DNA of 63,379 nt, counting the filler, from Octopus bimaculoides (lineage: Eukaryota), in the NCBI RefSeq assembly GCF_001194135.2. It is 5 parts of 5 records of this genome, joined end to end, with 100 filler letters (N's around TTAATTAATTAA, not from the genome) between each part and the next. Parts side by side here need not be neighbours in the genome. Positions count along the whole stretch, not along the records: positions 36,759 to 60,973 come from NC_068982.1; positions 61,074 to 63,379 come from NW_026397084.1; 3 more parts are not named here. One strand, 5' to 3'. Made by a program: the position numbers and the translations under genes. Below are positions 55,717-63,379 of the stretch, piece after piece. A model generated the notes under the pieces. The model was given only the letters and a program-made list of their open reading frames with translations, had not been told where the DNA came from and did no database searches. The first letter of the stretch is position 1; each line of letters starts with the position of its first letter.

Positions 55717-56043
55717 NNNNNNNNNNNNNNNNNNNNNNNNNNNNNNNNNNNNNNNNNNNNNNNNNNNNNNNNNNNNNNNNNNNNNNNNNNNNNNNNNNNN
55801 NNNNNNNNNNNNNNNNNNNNNNNNNNNNNNNNNNNNNNNNNNNNNNNNNNNNNNNNNNNNNNNNNNNNNNNNNNNNNNNNNNNNNNNNNNNNNNNNNNNN
55901 NNNNNNNNNNNNNNNNNNNNNNNNNNNNNNNNNNNNNNNNNNNNNNNNNNNNNNNNNNNNNNNNNNNNNNNNNNNNNNNNNNNNNNNNNNNNNNNNNNNN
56001 NNNNNNNNNNNNNNNNNNNNNNNNNNNNNNNNNNNNNNNNNNN

Positions 56044-56111
<68 letters not shown>

Positions 56112-56244
56112 TCACTATGAGGATAAATGAACCTCTTACAGGGATTAATCTATCCAAGTTATACTCGTTTAATATGTAGTTAAGAAGAATCATTTCAATA
56201 AACCTTGATATATAAAAGAGAGTTTGTGCGAGTAGTATGTGTGT

Positions 56245-56277
<33 letters not shown>

Positions 56278-56278
56278 A

Positions 56279-56313
<35 letters not shown>

Positions 56314-56791
56314 TGTGTTTGTGCGTGCGTATGAGTTGCCGATTTTGTCGTATGGGCTATCAAAAGATTTATAAACTTTCGCCTACCAAATAACTTTCTT
56401 TTCATTTACATATGTTCTCGTTATATCAAAACCAGCAATGCTTATTTGAAAGAACCTGCTCTACAACGATCACCTCCCATTAGGAAGTGAAAATAAGTTC
56501 AGACTTTTAATTTGAACCAAAATTATATGGTATTGCATTACGACAGTGATGGTGTGTGAATAATGGAAGTGATGTTTCTCCGAATTTTTCACTCATTAAA
56601 AGACATCCATTTCTCTATATGTTATGTGGAAATACGGTAGCTCATTTTCTCTCTAAGAAGCACACAAACACACATGCACACACACATACAGAAAAGATGT
56701 ATGCATATATATTTGTGTACGTGTATATGAAAAATGTGTGTGCGGGAGAGAGAGAGAGAGAGAGGGAGAGAGATAGATAGAGAGAGAGAGG

Positions 56792-56842
<51 letters not shown>

Positions 56843-57286
56843 CGATTGAGTGGCACTTACACATACATGCAAAAAATACATACATGACAAAACACACCTT
56901 CACTTACACACTCACTCATTCACTCACTCATTCACTCACTCATTTACTCATTCTCTCTCTCTCTCTGTCTACCTCTATCTCACGCGCGGACACACACACA
57001 CACAAGCATACACACACACACACACACGCGTCCATTTCATATACGCGTATACGCATCTTTCAATTTCTCCTCTGTTTCACCTTATGCTATCACATCATAG
57101 CAAATGTCACCTTTTCACTTTCTCCTCTCTTTCAAATTCTGCTCTCTTCCAAGCATAAAAGAAATTAAAGTTCTTTATGGAAATTAACGAAGAATCTCCA
57201 TATGATCGAGTTGACAACTTTGATGCTTCAAACGATGAATGCCATAAAATAACTTCCATCGGCACACACGCGCATACACACACACA

Positions 57287-57319
<33 letters not shown>

Positions 57320-58039
57320 TAACACGCACACNNNNNNNNNNNNNNNNNNNNACACACACACACACACACACATACACACACACACACTAACACGCACACA
57401 GACGGCAAAACTTCTGTACGAATTGTTATTTCATGCAGTGTGCTCTGACAAAATTACAGCTGTAGTCCAATTGAAATAATCTTTTGCTATTCTGTAATTC
57501 GTGTTTGTGATGAACGTATTTAAAGACCAGATCTTTGATATAAACTTAAAAGGAAGTTTTGAGGTGGCATTTGTTCCCCAAAACCACCACCACCACCACC
57601 ACCTTATATATTTCCTAAATTTTTTCCGATTCCTATGTTTTCGATACAGTAGATAAAGATTTCGCTTCAGACATACGTTCTCAATATTTTAATTTTCTCC
57701 CCCCCCCACTTTCTTCATTTATGTTTTTGACTTTTTTTCCATTTTTTTTTTCTTTGTTATCCACAGAGAAAAAGAAAGAACAGAGTATGAATCTTTAAGA
57801 AATTTCTATTTTTTCTTAAAGAAACACTAAAATCTCCTTCCTAAACATCCACTAATTACCTCACCACTTTCAAAACGCCAAAACCTCCCAACGTTTCACT
57901 TTTAGCTTCTTGAAAGTGGGGAAGTGTTTTTAGAAATAATGTCGTTTACCTGTTGTTTCTAGCACGTCAGGATTTCTGCTGGTGGTCAGGTATTTTTTAC
58001 GTCTGATATTTTTACGTCTGCTATTTTTAAATACAATTC

Positions 58040-58685
58040 TACGCCTTTGTGAAAGTTAGAAGTTCATGTTGCTGGTATGCTTAGGGTGCCATATATTTGG
58101 TTTTGTACATAATGTTTTTCTAAAGAATGCTTGAGAAACGATAAGAAAATTATGTGATTGTTTTAAAATTTGAGATTACATAGACAGCACTTTACGTAGG
58201 ATATGGGCAGATCCCAAGAAGAGTATCTTTTGAATTTCTGCCATATTTGGGTTTCCTGGCATCTGAGCTAGGTAGCAATCAGTCCCTTTTGCCATCATTC
58301 CTACGGCACCTATGACAACAGGTATTGTTTTAGTCTTCAGGTTCCACATTTTGCTAATTTCTATTTCAAGATCTTTATTCTATACTTGCTCAGTTTTTTG
58401 TAGGCCTTGACAGATACGTTTATATTTATTGGGACAGTCTTATCAATAAGGCGGCATGATTTTTGTCTGAAGCCTTTCAATATTATGTCTAGCCTATTTG
58501 CATCTATCTTTCTGTCAGTTTGAATGGTGAAGTTCCAGAGGAGTGAGATGTGACCATTTTCAAGCACTGGATTTGGTTTGTTCTCCCACCAAATTTTATC
58601 ATGGGGCAAGTTCAAATTTTTGCAAATTACTCAGTGAATATATTGTGCAGCTCTATCAGGCCTTTCTATATTTAAGATATGAGGA
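58040..58685 (-). mobile_element. Dong/R4-type LINE 3' half
   Basis: DRAAQYIH*VICKNLNLPHDKIWWENKPNPV...QTDRKIDANRLDII...PVVIGAVG...GSAHILRKVLSM*. Confidence 0.88.
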
Positions 58686-58689
58686 ATTA

Positions 58690-58834
58690 TTTACATTTGA
58701 CGGATATTTGTCCTCATCTTTGTTGTTAACACAATATTTCCGCTGATAAACCCTCAAGCCTTCATCAGGTGTCTTGGGGAAATTTCGAACCTGGATTCTC
58801 ACTCCTAAGGTATTTTTCGATGTTGCTGTTGTTG

Positions 58835-58872
<38 letters not shown>

Positions 58873-58969
58873 TATTTTTATTTTTATTATTATTCAGGTC
58901 ACTGCCTGGAATCGAACTCGGAATCTTGGGGTTGGTGGCCCGCGCTCTTAACCACTACGCTATATGCCC
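58690..58969 (-). mobile_element. tRNA-headed SINE (family D) with internal (TAA)n and a hammerhead-like 3' module
   Basis: Head GGGCATATAGCGTAGTGGTTAAGAGCGCGGG...CCGAGTTCGATTCCAGGC (A and B boxes) at 58969-58895, a trinucleotide tract, then a ~150-bp 3' part. Confidence 0.75.
58729..58772 (-). ncRNA. Degenerate minimal hammerhead motif inside SINE family D
   Basis: ACAC-CTGATGA-A-GGCTT-gagggtttat-CAGCG-GAAA-T-ATT-GTGT: stem I 4/4 pairs, palindromic stem III AATATT, stem II 3/5 pairs. Confidence 0.55.
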
Positions 58970-59043
58970 ATAATAATAATAAAAATTTAAATAATAAGAA
59001 GAAGAACACCACCATCACCACCAACAACAACAACAACATCAGC

Positions 59044-59081
<38 letters not shown>

Positions 59082-59092
59082 CGGCGACGACG

Positions 59093-59139
<47 letters not shown>

Positions 59140-59144
<5 letters not shown>

Positions 59145-59612
59145 GAGGGATAGCTTCGCGAATAATATCATGGACGTTCGACACCGGGCTCTCTATACAA
59201 AGACAAATCTAATATAATAACCGCAATGGAATGGTAAAAAGTAATATGTGGAAGACATGAAGGAAGCCGGTTTTAACTAAAATAACCACCAAATACGAAA
59301 TTTACTTTTGCCTTAGATACCCTGACTGATAAATGGCAAGAAAAAATTCTCAATGGCAAATACTCAAAAAGAGCGAATAATGCTGATGTTGACAAAGCCC
59401 TTTACCCATAAATGGCTAATGGCTTCTGGATTAAAATCAGAAACAGAAGGGTTTATCATAGCAGCCCAAGATCAATGCCTACCTACAAGGAACTACCAGG
59501 CCAACATATTAAAGAACGGCAGCTCACCAATATGTCGTCTATGTCAACAACAAAATGAGATCATTGATCATATTGTCTCTACGTGCAGTCTTCTTGTGCC
59601 TACAGAGTAGGC
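59140..59612 (+). mobile_element. Dong/R4-type LINE internal fragment
   Basis: THKWLMASGLKSETEGFIIAAQDQCLPTRNYQANILKNGSSPICRLCQQQNEIIDHIVSTCSLLVPTE (zinc knuckle). Confidence 0.9.
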
Positions 59613-59669
59613 GAATTAAGTTACAGTGAAGGAATCATGCCTGGTTCCTTTAGTAGTAATGATTATTAT

Positions 59670-60080
59670 TCATATACACACAAGCGATTAAACTCATGGA
59701 AAACAAACATTCTTAACACCGGGCTAACCTTAGGTAACAAGGACCCTCTTAAGTGTCCAAGCTGTCCGTAGTAACAGTGTTTTCTGGAGCCGTAGTAAAC
59801 TAGGTTTCATGCCTATTTCCTCTATCCATCTGTTCAAATCTTTTGGGATATTTCCTAATTCACTTATAACTACTGGGATACATTTTACCCGCGCACTTTC
59901 CATAGTCTCTGTACTTCAATGGCTAGATCCTGGCAGTTTGCTATTTTTCCTATACCTCGCATATTGTTTTCATCATTTGGGACTGTAAAGTCAATTATCT
60001 GGCGCTTTTTATTCTCTTTGTCTACTATCACTAAATCAGGCATTCGCGCTTCTATTACTCTGTCTGTCTGAGATATCGCT
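59670..60080 (-). mobile_element. Dong/R4-type LINE 3' RLE fragment abutting (TAA)n
   Basis: QTDRVIEARMPDLVIVDKENKKRQIIDFTVP...CIPVVISELG...LQKTLLLRTA. Confidence 0.85.
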
Positions 60081-60089
60081 TTGTTATTA

Positions 60090-60164
<75 letters not shown>

Positions 60165-60173
60165 ATAGTAGTG

Positions 60174-60210
<37 letters not shown>

Positions 60211-62293
60211 CAGTGGTAGTAGTAGTAGTAGAAGTAGTAACAGCAGAAAAGTGGAAAAAGTGAAATATTTAATATCTATGAAACTAGTTCACAAGGAAAA
60301 CGTCTAGAAGCCATGACGTAGATATATGTCATGAAAGAGGAATTTAGGAAGTTATACTGACCTTTACATCCTCAAGGAGTGCTCCCGACAATGAGATTTA
60401 TCAAGATAAGTAAAAGAATAAAATAACCAAAATATCACCCCCCGCCAAAAAAAAATGCAACGACATAAAAAAAAAATCCCTAAAACCACGTGTTAATTTA
60501 AAGTGTAGGAAGTTATTGCTACTGGTATTATTAAGAAATGATAAAATAATTTCACGCTTGGCTGAAAAATGTCTCTTGTTCTGCAAACATTTTATTTCCA
60601 TATGTATCTTTTTTTCTGTCTCCGCAAAGTGAATGTAACGAATATGTTGGGTTAGACGCAGTGCAGAACCCATACTTTCTCTTATATGACATTTCCCCTA
60701 GGCCTACTGTCATCATACAAAATCTAGAGTAGGGAGTGCTTGGGAATGGCATTTACGACAATTTCCCTCTTCTGCTGAATCTTCAATTAATTTTTGCTGT
60801 GAATCATAGAAGCACTGTATAATGCATTCAAAGGAAGCACATGGAACGATAAAAGAGTTTTGGTTAAATAACCAAACGTTGTAATGTGCACGCGACCCTA
60901 CTACACTTTTACATATGCATGCATACAAACATACAAACTTACATAAGTAAATATATATATATATATATATATANNNNNNNNNNNNNNNNNNNNNNNNNNN
61001 NNNNNNNNNNNNNNNNNTTAATTAATTAANNNNNNNNNNNNNNNNNNNNNNNNNNNNNNNNNNNNNNNNNNNNAAAAAAAAAAAATGGTATCCACGCACA
61101 CATTCACATGACACACCACATCTACAAAATGAAACTTGAAATTAATTTCGAAAAAAGAAAATGTCCATCAATTAAGAGTAGAATGAGCCCACCAATTTTT
61201 TCTTTTTTTTTCAAATTAAATTCCCCTAATACATCGTCGTAAACACTCATTCCATAACTTTAGCATTTTCACTTTTAATTTCAGATTTATGTGTTTATTT
61301 ATATGTTCATATTTATATATTATCATTACGCAATTTATACTCTCGAAAATGTATTTTTGCAAAGTATAATTTGAAAATAAGCACCTTAAAGAGGGAACAA
61401 AGTCGAGTGGGGATAGAATGTTACAAAAGTTCTCCAGTGAAAAAAAGGATTTTTTCACATACACTAACATCATCATATTCTACGTCCCCTTAAATTTTCA
61501 GTATAAAATATACATTTCTCAAAGTTACACGGCAACAGTCAGGTCAGGTGTTACGTAAATGCATTTATACGGAGTTTATTACGGTTGTAAAAAAGCAGGG
61601 CCGCCAGGCAGACAGGTCTCTCATAAGATTGACCTGTGAGATTATAGCTAAGCACCAGCGTCTAAAATTTTGTTGAGTGTTAGGGCACATTTTTCGGTAA
61701 ATTTTTACAAGTGCACATCTATAAGTAACAGGCTAAATAAGGATTTTAGTGTTCCAATAGTACTTACTAAAGAATAGTTGTTACAATGGCTTAACTTTAG
61801 CTTTGATCCAGCAGAACTTCCGATTTAAAAAAAAAAATTGATGAGGAGGGGATGAGATTTTTCTAGCATAAATATCCAAGAAGACTTCACCGAATGCCGA
61901 AAACATCGTTTTTCTTATTATGGTAAAGCATAATTTGACAGACATGAAGCTGCCGGCTGCGGTCCATGTAGTAGTCCCTTCGTTGCCATAGTATGTTTGA
62001 CAAACGATCACTTGACCGTGCAGCGGCTGTCCAACACTCCAAGTCTCCATCATATCTAATTATCTCATCTCCCATTAAGATGTTTCTTACCACAAGGTTA
62101 CCAATCGAGAACCTCTATGAACAAAAGCGTTCCAAAAAGGACCATACCGTCATGGTCTGCTACAATAACCAATCCGCAATAAAATACAAGAAAATAACAA
62201 CAGCGGTGAAAAGGAATAAATAATTATATTTAAAACAGTGAGGTGTTGGAGGTAGACGACACAGTACATACCTAAGAATTTCCACGAGCTTAC

Positions 62294-62651
62294 TTGGAGA
62301 AATGTCGAGATTGTTAGTAATCAGCATGTTGATCCTCTCCTTGTAGGTCATTGTTCTTTTAATGCCGTTGTGTCTTCGACCAAGCGTTGTGTCCGCTCCT
62401 GTTTCGTTCTCATCCAATGTATTACCGGGGAAACGGTTACGTGGGTTCGCAGAGTGTGTAAGTGGAGATGATAGATAATGAGAGGGCTGCCTTCCATCAT
62501 GAAGGTGTGAATAACCTGACGCATAATCCGGCTCAATGCTAAAACCGTGATTAACAAGTCCATGCTGTTGAAAACCTACATTATAATCAGGATGAATGGA
62601 ACTTGGTGGAAAGGAACCTCTATCTGTTGGAAATGGTCTATGCTTGCTCAT
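62294..62651 (-). CDS. Probable host coding exon (Pro/Ser/His-rich N-terminal region), product unidentified
   Basis: Non-repetitive ORF with GCCATG at 62651 (MSKHRPFPTDRG...GLVNHGFSIEPD...KERINMLITNNLDISP), followed by candidate donors GTAAGC (62293) and GTATGT (62271) and a T-rich intron-like tract. No TE motifs seen; exon boundaries are uncertain. Confidence 0.5.
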
Positions 62652-63379
62652 GGCTGAAGGAAGTCCAGAGGGTTTGCTGTAGCGGCCTTCCAAATGTCGG
62701 CTGTTTTGCTTAGATGTGGGTTAGCAGTCACAGGTAGCTACACAGTATCTATAGATAAACTACAAGTAACTAAGACACCAACAAAGTATATGAAAAGATA
62801 AAACTTTAAAATCAAACAAATGTCTTACTCTATCTTTTCCCCTCTCTCTGACTTTTACTACTTCACTTATAATATATCCGTGTTACTTCTGATCTAACAG
62901 AATTTGTGAAGTGAATGAAAACAGAATGAAATTTCATGCAGAAATCAGTAACAAATGATATATGAAAAGAAAAGAAAGTTCAAAAGGGTGAAGGTAAGAG
63001 AGAAGATAACAGTGTGAGGAAGAGAGATGGTGAAAAAGTAAGAGATGAGAAAGGGGAGGAAAGAGTAAAGGAGAACAAAAGATAATAGAGGTGGTAAAAG
63101 AGAAGAAAACGTAAGAGATAAGAGAGAGTAGGTAAAAAAAAAGTATGAGGAAATCGGTGAAAGAGTAATATAAGAAAAGTGAGTGAGGGTGAAGTTGAGA
63201 GTATGAGTAAGAGAAGATTTGGTAAGGTACGTGAGAGAGAAGGTAGAGAGGACAGAAAAAATACGACATTGAAAAGAGATTTTTAGAATAAAGATATAGA
63301 GAGAAGGTTAATATGAGTGACAGGTGGATCACAGAGAAAGAGTGAGAAGTATATACCTCCACATTATATATAAATATAT

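Noticed and set aside
60552-60752. MMTVGLGEM resembling a channel pore motif
   Set aside because: An in-frame stop lies immediately upstream, there are no splice signals and no surrounding transmembrane pattern.

Overview
AT-rich, microsatellite-saturated eukaryotic DNA from a gapped draft scaffold. The SINE and LINE repertoire suggests a coleoid cephalopod such as Octopus (inference). Nearly all ORFs in the track are microsatellite or N-gap artefacts or transposon relics. The only credible host coding sequence is one probable minus-strand exon near 62.3-62.65 kb, product unidentified. The rest is decayed mobile DNA: a full-span mariner plus a deletion derivative, a maT/DD37D-type remnant, at least six Dong/R4-type (RLE) LINE pieces often abutting (TAA)n tracts, RTE and CR1/L2 3' ends, two Tx1/L1-like elements lacking EN/RT, a gag-only Gypsy LTR element whose 5' LTR is split by one of them, Penelope-like remnants and several tRNA-derived SINE families. 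The most notable unannotated signal is a set of type-I hammerhead ribozyme folds in at least four unrelated repeat contexts (about 14.1/14.5, 27.7, 33.3 and 58.7 kb), one of them inside a tRNA-headed SINE. All folds and protein family calls were made by eye; no database search was run. No CRISPR, rRNA or intact tRNA gene was found.
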